Below, in pieces: positions 1 to 8,770 of a stretch of 64,000 nucleotides of DNA. The position numbers and the translations under genes were made by a program. The notes beneath the pieces were generated by a model that was not told the DNA's origin, ran no database searches, and saw only the letters and a list, made by a program, of their open reading frames with translations. The DNA is from an uncultured Rhizobiaceae bacterium (GTDB taxonomy: Bacteria; Pseudomonadota; Alphaproteobacteria; SMXQ01): contig CAZOBN010000003.1 of NCBI GenBank assembly GCA_964577835.1, positions 490-64,489 of the forward strand, in the 5' to 3' direction. Numbering within the stretch: the stretch's first letter is position 1; every line of letters begins with the position of its first letter.

Positions 1-1474
1 CGCCGCTGATCTTGGCTGCCTCCTCCAGATCCTTGTGAATCTGCAGCACGGCCGCGTTCATGACACGGGTGCCGTAGGACATATAGCCGATCAGGAATGC
101 GATGATCAGCGACGTGAGCGAGCCGAACAAGCCGACGCCGAGCTTGTCGATCTGCAGGTAGATCCACAGCAGCGCCAGACCCATGACGATGCCGGGGATG
201 GCGTGCGGCAGGAAGGCGAGCTGGTCGAGGACCTTGCGGCCCCAGAATTTCGACCGCACCACGACCACCGAAATGAGGAACGAGATGATCACCACCCCGG
301 TCGCGACCGAGAGAGTCATCACCAGCGTGTTCCACAACATGCGGCCGATCTGCTCGGTCTGGAATACGGTCTCGTAGTTGCTCCAGCTCATGGCGGCGAA
401 CGCCTTGGCCGAGGGCACCTGCAAATAAGGAATGAACGAGACGTAGGCCAGAACCAGGAAGGGCAGAATCGCCGATAACGCGAGATAGAGCACGACCAGA
501 CCGAAGGCCGGCCAGCGCCAGACCCCCAGTTGCAACAGCCGCGGACGGTAGCCCTTTCCGGTGATGATCGTGAAGCGCTCCGACTTGGTGATCACCCGGC
601 CATAGAGATACGTGCCGATGATGGCGACAATCAGATAGAGCATCGCCAGCGCATTGGCCTCGCCGTAAGACGGCAGGGACGAGGCGGAATGAAGCACCGT
701 GTAGATCTTGGTGCTGAACACGTAGATGCCGGCGGGCAGCCCAAGGATGCCCGGCACCTCGAATCCCTCCAACGCGCTGGTGAATTGGTAGATCGTCACG
801 GCCATGAGCCCGGGCAGCATGAGGCCCAGCGTCACCTTGCGCAGTGCCGATGACGGACGCGCGCCCGACATCGCCGCCGCTTCCTCGAGCGCCGGATCCA
901 TGCTGCGCAGCAACGGCACCAGCATGAGGAAGGCGGTCGGCACCGTGCGCAGCCCTTCGATGAAGATCATGCCTTCGAGGGTGTAGATGTTGAATGGAGC
1001 GGCGGCGAGCCCGAACACGTCCATGACGCCTTTGTTGATGAAGCCGATGCGCGGACTGGCCAGCAACACCCAGGCCATCGACTGCAGCATCCCCGGCATC
1101 GCCAGAGTCATCGGCACGCCGGCGTAGATCCAGATCTTGCCGGGAATGTTGGTGCGCTCGACCAGCCAAGCGAGCCCGGCAGCGATGATGATGCCGACCG
1201 CCGTGCTCCCGGTTGCGAACCACATCGTGTTGGAGAACACGGCATAGGTTCCGGGGTCGCTCCACACCTTGATGTAGTTGGTCAGGCCGAGGGTGAGGAA
1301 CGAGAATTCCGATGGCAGCCGCGCCTGGCTGAAGCTGCCGAGGATCAGAAACAGGAGCGGCGTCACCACCGCCAGAAAGACGATGAGGAAGACGAGGAAA
1401 TGCCAGAGCGACGCGGCGCGAATCTTCGGCAGCCAGACGGAAACGAACGGGCCATTGACGGTCGTTGCGGTCAT
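1..1474 (-). CDS. ABC transporter permease, fused two-domain (FbpB/iron(III)-type); 3' end lies beyond the window
   Basis: Absent from the ORF track because there is no stop in the window. The minus strand from ATG 1474-1472 reads MTATTVNGPFVSVWLPKIRAASLWHFLVFLIVF... and is hydrophobic throughout. Two EAA-loop motifs are present: MDPALEEAAAMSGARP (around 850-900) and KDLEEAAKISG (1-40). The ATG overlaps the TAA of the upstream binding-protein gene (TAATG). Confidence 0.8.
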   Translation of the reverse strand, partial: MTATTVNGPFVSVWLPKIRAASLWHFLVFLIVFLAVVTPLLFLILGSFSQARLPSEFSFLTLGLTNYIKVWSDPGTYAVFSNTMWFATGSTAVGIIIAAGLAWLVERTNIPGKIWIYAGVPMTLAMPGMLQSMAWVLLASPRIGFINKGVMDVFGLAAAPFNIYTLEGMIFIEGLRTVPTAFLMLVPLLRSMDPALEEAAAMSGARPSSALRKVTLGLMLPGLMAVTIYQFTSALEGFEVPGILGLPAGIYVFSTKIYTVLHSASSLPSYGEANALAMLYLIVAIIGTYLYGRVITKSERFTIITGKGYRPRLLQLGVWRWPAFGLVVLYLALSAILPFLVLAYVSFIPYLQVPSAKAFAAMSWSNYETVFQTEQIGRMLWNTLVMTLSVATGVVIISFLISVVVVRSKFWGRKVLDQLAFLPHAIPGIVMGLALLWIYLQIDKLGVGLFGSLTSLIIAFLIGYMSYGTRVMNAAVLQIHKDLEEAAKISG

Positions 1475-2664
1475 TATTCGGATCCCTCTTCGTCAGCCGA
1501 GCGCGCCGTACGTCCGGTCGGATCCCACAGCGGATTCCACACTTTGAAGACTTGCGGCAGATCCACTTCGAGCTGGATCGGATCGCGGAAGGCGACCTTC
1601 TTGCCCACGAGCTGCTCCGGGAAGGACAGGAAAGCCTCGATCTGCAGGTCCTTGTGCACGGGCGGCGAATTCTCCGCGTGATACTGGGCGATCTGCCCTT
1701 CCTTGCTGAGGAACCAATTGACCCACAGCTTCGAGGCATAGGGGTGCGGGTTGCCCTTCATGATGCTGAGCTCGGAGATCGCGAGCGGCACGGGTTCGGG
1801 GCAATGCCAGCTGATCGGCGCTTTCTTTTTCACGTATTGCAGGGTGCGGTAGGCGGCGCCGGGAATGACCGCGTGGAATTCGCCGGCGATGACGAGCCCG
1901 AGCAGCGCGTTGTTGCCTTCCTTGCGGAGCTGCGGCTTGACCTCGCCGAACAGTTTCTCCAGGTAGGGCTTGCCCCATTTCTCGCCATAGCCTTCGAGAG
2001 CCCAAATGTTGGCGAACCATAGATTCGGGCGGTTCGACAGGGCGAGGTTGCCGTCGCGCCACACCGGATTGCTCAGGATGTCCTCCCAGGTTTTCGGGAG
2101 GTCCTCCTTCTTGACCTTGTCGGTGTTGTAAGCCATGCACCAGTAGCGCAGGCGCTGGCCGACCCACAGGCCTTCCTTGTCCTTCATGCCGTCGGGCACG
2201 TTCTTCCAGCCGGGCAGATCGCGCATGTCCACCAGCGCGTCGACCTTCTTGAACATGGCATAGCTGGCGCCGATGCTGCCGATCAGGTCGGTGGTGACCC
2301 GACCGCTCGATTCAAAAGCCAGCAACGGCTTGAGTGTGCGTTCCTGGCGGCTGCCGCGCGAATATTCATGCTTGATGAACGGATAGCGCTCGACGAAGGC
2401 TTCGGTGAGCTTGCGGTATTGCGGCGGGTCCCAGGTGGCCGCCATGCGGACGGCGCCTTCCTTCTTGGCGGCGTCGAGCCACGCCTGCGGCACCGCCAGC
2501 TCTTCATCGAGACCGGCTAGGATCGACGGATCGAGATCGAGCTCCTTGAGGAACTTCTGCGTGGCCTTCGGCAGCTCGGCCGATACGGTCGGAGCCACGG
2601 CAAACGCCGCGGCGCCGGCAACGATCATGGCTGCCGTCAGCAGCCTGTGTGATGAACGCTTCAT
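1474..2664 (-). CDS. ABC transporter substrate-binding protein, paralogue 1 of 4
   Basis: ORF 1474..2748 trimmed to the signal peptide MKRSSHRLLTAAMIVAGAAAFAVAPTVSA (ATG 2664, CCGGAGGG SD). The mature end ELPKATQKFLKELDL... and the WHCPEPVP motif are shared with the other three paralogues. The gene is start/stop-coupled to the permease. Confidence 0.8.
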   Translation of the reverse strand: MKRSSHRLLTAAMIVAGAAAFAVAPTVSAELPKATQKFLKELDLDPSILAGLDEELAVPQAWLDAAKKEGAVRMAATWDPPQYRKLTEAFVERYPFIKHEYSRGSRQERTLKPLLAFESSGRVTTDLIGSIGASYAMFKKVDALVDMRDLPGWKNVPDGMKDKEGLWVGQRLRYWCMAYNTDKVKKEDLPKTWEDILSNPVWRDGNLALSNRPNLWFANIWALEGYGEKWGKPYLEKLFGEVKPQLRKEGNNALLGLVIAGEFHAVIPGAAYRTLQYVKKKAPISWHCPEPVPLAISELSIMKGNPHPYASKLWVNWFLSKEGQIAQYHAENSPPVHKDLQIEAFLSFPEQLVGKKVAFRDPIQLEVDLPQVFKVWNPLWDPTGRTARSADEEGSE

Positions 2665-2704
2665 CTGTAGCCCTCCGGTGTCGGCGGTTCGCCGCATGAT
2701 GGGA

Positions 2705-3880
2705 TCATTCCTCGTTTTGTGACTCGGAGTGGACGCCGCCCGCGCCAACCCAATACTTCGACCAGATCTGGTTGAGCTCTTCAGTGGCGCCCTCCTGCTC
2801 CGGCACGCGGAACGCGATTTTGCGTTCGACGATCTGCTCGGGAAACGAGAGAAAGGACTCGGTTTGCAGGTCCTTATGCACCGGCGGCGCGCCGTCGGCG
2901 GCGAATTGGGCGATCTGGCCTTCCTTGCTCAGGAACCAGTTGACCCAGACGCGCGAGGCGTTGATGTGCGGATTGCCCTTGAGAACGCCCATGCTGGATA
3001 CCGCCAGGGGTACCGGTTCGGGACAATGCCAAGCCACCGGCGCGCCGCGCTCCAGATACTGCTTCGCGCGACGAGCGGACGCCGGCAACGCGCCGTTGAA
3101 CTCGCCGGCGATAGCCAGGCCGAGCAGCGCGTTGTTGCCTTCCTTGCGAACCTGCGGCTTCACCACGTTGAAGAATTTGTCGAGGTAGTTGAGGGTCCAC
3201 TCCTTGCCGAATTCGCCCCACAGCATGAGCAGCCATAGCTGCGGACGGTCGGCGACGCCGATATTGCCGTTGTGCCACTTGGTGTTTGTGAGGATATCGT
3301 CCCAGGTCTTGGGCATATCCTCCTTTTTCACCTTATCTGTGTTGTAGACGATGCACCAATAACGGATGCGAGTACCGACCCAGGTACCATTGGCATCACT
3401 GGTATTCGGCAGCGGATTCTTGAAGCCGGGAATCTGGCGCAAATCCTCGAGCGCGCCGGCCTCTTCGAAATGCTGCTCGCTGCCGCCGAATCCGGTCACG
3501 ATATCCGTGGTATAGCGGCCTTCCTTGTAGGCGATCAGGGTGCGCATCGCCCGGGCGTTGAAGCCGGCGCGGGAGTATTCCACCTTAATCCCAGGGAAGC
3601 GCTCGCGGAACGGCACGTTGAGCAATCCGAACTGCTTGGGGTCCCAGGTGCCGAGGATGCGCACCGTGCCTTCCTTGTGGGCGCCGTCGAGCCACGCCGG
3701 CGGCACGACGAGTTCATCGTCGAGCCCGGACAGCACCTCCGGCGTCAGGTTCAGCTTCTTCAGGATGGCCTGGGTGGCCTTTGGCAATTCGGCGGAGACG
3801 GCCGGCGCCGCGGCAAAGATCGCGGCGCCGGCAACGATCGTTGCGGCGAGCATCAGCATTCCCTGTGAGGAACGCTTCAT
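2705..3880 (-). CDS. ABC transporter substrate-binding protein, paralogue 2 of 4
   Basis: ORF 2705..3913 trimmed to MKRSSQGMLMLAATIVAGAAIFAAAPAVSA (ATG 3880). Collinear with paralogue 3 along its whole length, with most positions identical. Confidence 0.8.
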   Translation of the reverse strand: MKRSSQGMLMLAATIVAGAAIFAAAPAVSAELPKATQAILKKLNLTPEVLSGLDDELVVPPAWLDGAHKEGTVRILGTWDPKQFGLLNVPFRERFPGIKVEYSRAGFNARAMRTLIAYKEGRYTTDIVTGFGGSEQHFEEAGALEDLRQIPGFKNPLPNTSDANGTWVGTRIRYWCIVYNTDKVKKEDMPKTWDDILTNTKWHNGNIGVADRPQLWLLMLWGEFGKEWTLNYLDKFFNVVKPQVRKEGNNALLGLAIAGEFNGALPASARRAKQYLERGAPVAWHCPEPVPLAVSSMGVLKGNPHINASRVWVNWFLSKEGQIAQFAADGAPPVHKDLQTESFLSFPEQIVERKIAFRVPEQEGATEELNQIWSKYWVGAGGVHSESQNEE

Positions 3881-3922
3881 CGATGAGCCTCCGGTATTGG
3901 TGGTTCGCCGCATGGTGTCTCG

Positions 3923-5092
3923 TTATTCCTCGGGCGTATTGGACTGCGTGCCGCCCGCGCCGACCCAATACTTGGCCCAGATCTGGTTGAGTTCCTCCGT
4001 CGCGCCCTCCTGCTCCGGCACGCGGAACGCGATCTTGCGTCCCGAGATCTGATCGGGAAAGGCGAGGAAGGCCTCGGTCTGCAGATCCTTGTGCACCGGC
4101 GGCGCGCTGTCGGCGGCGAACTGCGAGATCTGGCCTTCCTTGCTCAGGAACCAGTTAACCCATAGACGCGACGCGTTCATGTTCGGGTTGCCTTTGAGAA
4201 TACCCATCTGAGAGACGGCGAGCGGCACTGGCTCCGGACAATGCCAAGCGGCCGGCGCTCCACGCTGCTGGTACTGCTTGGTGCGGTAGGATGCGGCCGG
4301 CAATGCGGCATTGAATTCCCCGGCGATGGCGAGGCCCATCAGCGCGTTGGCGCCTTCCTTGCGGATCTGCGGCTTCACCACATTGAAGAATTTGTCGATG
4401 TAGTTGAGGGTCCATTCCTTGCCGTATTCGCCCCACAGCATCAGCAGCCAAAGCTGCGGCCGGTCGGCGACACCGATCTTACCGTTGTGCCACTTGGGAT
4501 TGGTCAGGATGTCGTCCCACGTCTTGGGCAGATCTTCCTTCTTCACATTCTCGGTATTGTAGGTGAGGCACCAGTAACGCAGGCGCGTGCCGACCCAGGT
4601 GTTGTTCGCATCGCCGGTATTCGGCAGCGGGTTCTTCAGGCCAGGGATATCGCTCAAGTTATCGAGCGCGCCGGCCTCTTCGAAGTGCTGCTCGCTGCCG
4701 CCGAATCCGGTCAGGATGTCGGTGATATAGCGGCCTTCCTTGTAGGCGATCAGGGTGCGTAGCGCCCGGGCGTTGAAGCCGGCGCGGGAATATTCCACCT
4801 TGACCCCGGGGAAGCGCTCTCGAAACGGCGCGTTGAGCGGCACGAATTGCTTGGGGTCCCAAGTCCCAAGAATTCGAACCACGCCCTCCTTTTTGGCGCC
4901 GTCGAGCCACGCCTGCGGCACGGCGAGCTCCTCGTCGAGCCCGGCCATCACCTCGGGCGTCAGCTTCAGCTTCTTCAGGACCTCCTGAGTGGCCTTCGGC
5001 AGTTCGGCGGCGCCGGCCGCCGACGCTCCCATTGCGCCGAACACCAGCGCCGTTCCGGCGATCCATTGGACGATACGTTTTGTTCCCATCAT
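3923..5092 (-). CDS. ABC transporter substrate-binding protein, paralogue 3 of 4
   Basis: ORF 3923..5176 trimmed to MMGTKRIVQWIAGTALVFGAMGASAAGA (ATG 5092 or 5089, GGGAGA SD). The mature end is ELPKATQEVLKKLKL... Confidence 0.8.
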   Translation of the reverse strand: MMGTKRIVQWIAGTALVFGAMGASAAGAAELPKATQEVLKKLKLTPEVMAGLDEELAVPQAWLDGAKKEGVVRILGTWDPKQFVPLNAPFRERFPGVKVEYSRAGFNARALRTLIAYKEGRYITDILTGFGGSEQHFEEAGALDNLSDIPGLKNPLPNTGDANNTWVGTRLRYWCLTYNTENVKKEDLPKTWDDILTNPKWHNGKIGVADRPQLWLLMLWGEYGKEWTLNYIDKFFNVVKPQIRKEGANALMGLAIAGEFNAALPAASYRTKQYQQRGAPAAWHCPEPVPLAVSQMGILKGNPNMNASRLWVNWFLSKEGQISQFAADSAPPVHKDLQTEAFLAFPDQISGRKIAFRVPEQEGATEELNQIWAKYWVGAGGTQSNTPEE

Positions 5093-5172
5093 CGTCTCCC
5101 GCATTTCGAAGCCCTGTCCACACGCATAGGTTGTTATACCCACTTGTCGTGCCGCGCCGTCTGACGCGTATC

Positions 5173-6300
5173 TCAACTTGCTTTGGTCAACTCTTTCTCA
5201 TGATCGGTGAAATTCTTGCCGGCGTCGAACTGGATCAATTCTCCCGAGTCGGATCCACGCAGCAAGCCGAAAGGATCCTCACCCTTGCCGACGGATTCGA
5301 TGGACGAAAATACCAGCTTGCGCCACATGACGACGCCGCGGTCCGAGGTGGCGAGGAACTCGCGCGAGCGGTCGTTGATAAGCCCTTGGCTTTCCTGAGC
5401 CGCGCGATCCTGGTCGCCCGATTCGATGCCCCACCACTCGTCCTCCACCCGATCGTACACGCCGCGCACGGTTTTTTTGAGACCGCGACATTTATTTTCA
5501 TACGGTCCCGAAGGTTTCGTCACCGTCTTCACATAGAAGGTGGTGGTCAGCATGTCGTCGGTCGGCACGCGAATGTGCAAATAGTCGCTCGGCATGGTAC
5601 CCACACGCGCGTTATGCCGGCGCGTCGACGACGGAAAGATGTGATGGCTGACGTTACGCTTACCGTTGGGATATTCCGAGCTCATGCGGAAGCCGTACCA
5701 CATGGGCGTCCAGGTCGATTCGGGGCGCTTCATCGCCATGGAGGGATAGACCGAGGCATGCAGCGACATGCTGTGGTAGGGATCGACGCCGTTCTCCGCG
5801 CGTTGTGCCCAGTTGCACTGATCTTCCTTGGCATAGACCGTGCGGTCGCAATCCTCGCGGTGAAGCAGATCGTAGCGCGGCAGACGCGGCGCCGGGTCTG
5901 GCCCGAGATAGGCGAAGATCAGGCCGCCCGCTTCCTGCACCTTGGCGGAGCGCATGCGCACTTCTTCGTGCAGGCGACTGCCCGCGGGCTCCGCCGGCAT
6001 CTCCAGGCATTGTCCTTGGGTATCGTAGAGCCAGCCATGGTAGCAGCAGCGGATGCCGCGTGCTTCGCAGCGGCCGAGTTCGAGGGAGGCGCTGCGGTGG
6101 GCGCAGGCGCGGTCGATCATGCCGGCGTTGCCCGCGCCGTCGCGGAACAGAATGAAATCCTCGCCGAGGTGGCGCACCGGCACGGGCTTGTCGGTGAGCT
6201 CCTGAGTGAACCACACGGGCCACCAATAACGGCGCAGCATCTCGCCGCCCGGAGTGCCGGGCCCTACACGCGTCAGAATCTCGTTCTCTTCCGGTGTCAT
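5173..6300 (-). CDS. Rieske [2Fe-2S] non-heme-iron oxygenase, alpha-subunit family
   Basis: Rieske motif CAHRSASLELGRCEARGIRCCYHGW (C-x-H...C-x2-H) and mononuclear-iron motif ENGVDPYHSMSLH (N-x2-D-x2-H-x4-H). Start placed at MTPEENEILTRV (ATG 6300, GAGAGGAG SD) rather than ORF start 6396. Confidence 0.8.
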   Translation of the reverse strand: MTPEENEILTRVGPGTPGGEMLRRYWWPVWFTQELTDKPVPVRHLGEDFILFRDGAGNAGMIDRACAHRSASLELGRCEARGIRCCYHGWLYDTQGQCLEMPAEPAGSRLHEEVRMRSAKVQEAGGLIFAYLGPDPAPRLPRYDLLHREDCDRTVYAKEDQCNWAQRAENGVDPYHSMSLHASVYPSMAMKRPESTWTPMWYGFRMSSEYPNGKRNVSHHIFPSSTRRHNARVGTMPSDYLHIRVPTDDMLTTTFYVKTVTKPSGPYENKCRGLKKTVRGVYDRVEDEWWGIESGDQDRAAQESQGLINDRSREFLATSDRGVVMWRKLVFSSIESVGKGEDPFGLLRGSDSGELIQFDAGKNFTDHEKELTKAS

Positions 6301-6346
6301 GGTTTTTCGGCTCCTCTCGCCCCTGCTTGCCGCGGCGTCCAAACGC

Positions 6347-7495
6347 TCATCTGCGGCGCTCCCAATAGGGATTCCACAATTCCAGAAGCTCGTCATGCTC
6401 TTCCTCGAGACCCGGATCGCGAAACGCGATCGTCTTACCGACGATTTGCTCCGGAAACGGCATGAAGTCTCGGGTTTTCATATCCTTGTGAATGGGAGGC
6501 GAATCGTCCGCGGCGTATTGCGCCACCTGCCCCTCTTTGCTCAGCAGCCAGTTGATGAACAATTTGGAGGCGTTCATGTTGGGATTGCCACGCATGATGC
6601 CCGCCTCCGAGATGGCCGACGGCACCGGCTCGGGACAGTGCCAACCCAACGGCGCGCCTTTTTCCATATACTGCACGATGCGATGGTCGCCCGACGGAAT
6701 GGCCGCATCCATCTCGCCGGCGCTCACCAGGGTGAGCAGTTGGTTGGCACCTTCCTTGCGCAACTGCGGTTTTAACTCGCCGAACAGACCGGCGAGGAAG
6801 GCTTTGGTCCAATCGTCACCGTGCGCGGCCGACAAGGGGAGGATCCAAAGCTGCGGCAGATTGCCCAGTCCGATCTTCCCATCGCGCCAGCGCGGATGGC
6901 TCAGGAGGTCGTTCCACGTTCTGGGAAGCTCCTCCTTCCTCACCGCGCCGGTGTTGTAGGACATGCACCAGTAGCGGATGCGGATGCCCACCCACAGGCC
7001 ATCCTTGTGCTTCATCCCGTCACGTACATTGCGGGAACCGGGAATATCGCGCAGATCCTCGAGCGCATTTGCGGCGATATATTTCTGCATTGCGCCGCCG
7101 ATGCCGGTGACGACATCGCTGATGTAACGCCCATCCTGAAATGCAAGCAGAGGCTTGAACGCGCGGGCATTGAAGTTGCCCCGGGAATAGTTGGGCTTGA
7201 TGAACGGGTAACGCTCGACGAATGCCGCCGTCATGGTGCGGAATTGCACCGGGTCCCACGAGCCGCCGACACGGAAGCTGCCTTCCTTGCGCGCGCCGTC
7301 GAGCCAGGCCTGGGGCACCGTCAACTCTCGATCGAGACCCGCCAAGGCGGACTCCTCGAGCTTCAGGTCTTTCAGCACTTGCCGCGTCGGCTCCGGCAGA
7401 TCCAGCGCGGATGCCGGAGGCACGCAAAACCCGAGCAGCAGCGCGCTCCGCCACAGCAGACGGATAGCGCGTTTCGCCGGGTAAGGCAGGCCCAT
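6347..7495 (-). CDS. ABC transporter substrate-binding protein, paralogue 4 of 4 (most divergent)
   Basis: 382-aa ORF with a hydrophobic leader, then LDLPEPTRQVLKDLKLEESALAGLDRELTVPQAWLDGARKEG and WHCPEPVP. Alignable end to end with the three paralogues downstream. Confidence 0.75.
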   Translation of the reverse strand: MGLPYPAKRAIRLLWRSALLLGFCVPPASALDLPEPTRQVLKDLKLEESALAGLDRELTVPQAWLDGARKEGSFRVGGSWDPVQFRTMTAAFVERYPFIKPNYSRGNFNARAFKPLLAFQDGRYISDVVTGIGGAMQKYIAANALEDLRDIPGSRNVRDGMKHKDGLWVGIRIRYWCMSYNTGAVRKEELPRTWNDLLSHPRWRDGKIGLGNLPQLWILPLSAAHGDDWTKAFLAGLFGELKPQLRKEGANQLLTLVSAGEMDAAIPSGDHRIVQYMEKGAPLGWHCPEPVPSAISEAGIMRGNPNMNASKLFINWLLSKEGQVAQYAADDSPPIHKDMKTRDFMPFPEQIVGKTIAFRDPGLEEEHDELLELWNPYWERRR

Positions 7496-7501
7496 CGGAT
7501 T

Positions 7502-8722
7502 TTATCCCTTCGCGACGGCGATGTCGTGGGGACGCGAGCCGAGACGCCGTCCGCCTTTCGATGTGACGACGACCGTATCGCCCCACGTCAGGATCGACTT
7601 ATCCGCGCCGTCACCCACTTCCGTGGCCGGCTTGAAGATGAAGACCATGTTCTCCTGCAGCTCGACCGCGAGTTGCTCCGGATCGCGCGCATGGTCGGTG
7701 ATGATCGGGCCGTCGTCGCCCTGGCCGCGCCCGTGCATGGTAAGCTTGGTCTTGCAGCCCGCCGCAGCCCCGCCGTTGGGCGCCGCCTTGCGTCCGGCTT
7801 CCTTGGTTTGCTCGGCCAGCTCGCGCACGGTCACGCCGGGCTTCAGCCACTCCATCAGGTGGTTGAAGACCTGGCGTTGGACCTTCATCAGCTCGCTGTG
7901 CACGTCGGTCGCGACATCGACGAACACCGGCTGCACCGCCTGGGAGCGGTAGCCGATCCAGGAAGCCTCGAGCTCGTTGATGATCATGTCGCCGCTTTCG
8001 AGCGTCCGCATGCTCGGGCGGGTCAGGGTGCGGATCGGGTTCTTGCCCGATACCCAGTTGCAATGGACCGGCATCTCGGAACCGGCGCGCAGCATGGCGC
8101 CCTGGGCGGCGGCCCACACGTCCCAATCCTTCGCGCCAGGACGCGCCGCGGCGATCTTCGCCTCGATGCCCTTTTCCACGATCTGGATGGATTTGGTGAG
8201 GACACCGACTTCCTCGTCGCTCTTGACGTAGCGCACCTTGGTCAGGATCGGCGTCGCATCGACGATGTCCGCGTTCGGGAAAGCTTCGCGAAGCTGAACC
8301 CAGAAGCCGTGGGAAATGGTGCCTTCCGGCGTGCGGGTGCCGCCGCCCAGGCCGGTCACGCCGATGCGACCGCGATCGACGCCGAGCTCCTTCAGCCGCT
8401 CGACCGCCACCTTGCCGTATCGGCGACGCGCCTCGCGCACGTCCTTGGTCCATTCCTGCACGGTCGGCCAGCGCGGCGCCGCCGAGGTGGCGACGGCGGT
8501 GACTTCGCCGTCGAGCGGAAACACCACGGCGATATCCGCATCGCCGCCGCCGCCCACATGGCTGAGGTAGCGCGAATTCGACTGGAAATCCGTCGAGTGG
8601 CCCGTGTTGTTCGGGCAGACGATCACGTCGATGTTCTGTTCGCGCATCATGGCGCGAACGGCCTTCCAGCGCCGGTCGCGTTCAGCCAGCGAGAACCGCG
8701 GGTAGGGAAAAAGCTCTGCCAT
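7502..8722 (-). CDS. M24-fold hydrolase (creatinase / Xaa-Pro peptidase / ectoine-hydrolase-like)
   Basis: 406 aa. A creatinase/prolidase-type N-domain (MAELFPYPRFSLAERDRRWKAVRAMMREQNIDVIVC...) is followed by a pita-bread-type C-domain (...LTMHGRGQGDDGPII...). Family-level call by eye only. Confidence 0.6.
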   Translation of the reverse strand: MAELFPYPRFSLAERDRRWKAVRAMMREQNIDVIVCPNNTGHSTDFQSNSRYLSHVGGGGDADIAVVFPLDGEVTAVATSAAPRWPTVQEWTKDVREARRRYGKVAVERLKELGVDRGRIGVTGLGGGTRTPEGTISHGFWVQLREAFPNADIVDATPILTKVRYVKSDEEVGVLTKSIQIVEKGIEAKIAAARPGAKDWDVWAAAQGAMLRAGSEMPVHCNWVSGKNPIRTLTRPSMRTLESGDMIINELEASWIGYRSQAVQPVFVDVATDVHSELMKVQRQVFNHLMEWLKPGVTVRELAEQTKEAGRKAAPNGGAAAGCKTKLTMHGRGQGDDGPIITDHARDPEQLAVELQENMVFIFKPATEVGDGADKSILTWGDTVVVTSKGGRRLGSRPHDIAVAKG

Positions 8723-8770
8723 GGTGAATTACCGCCCTGTTTATTGTCGCAATTGTTCGCATCGTTTGGC

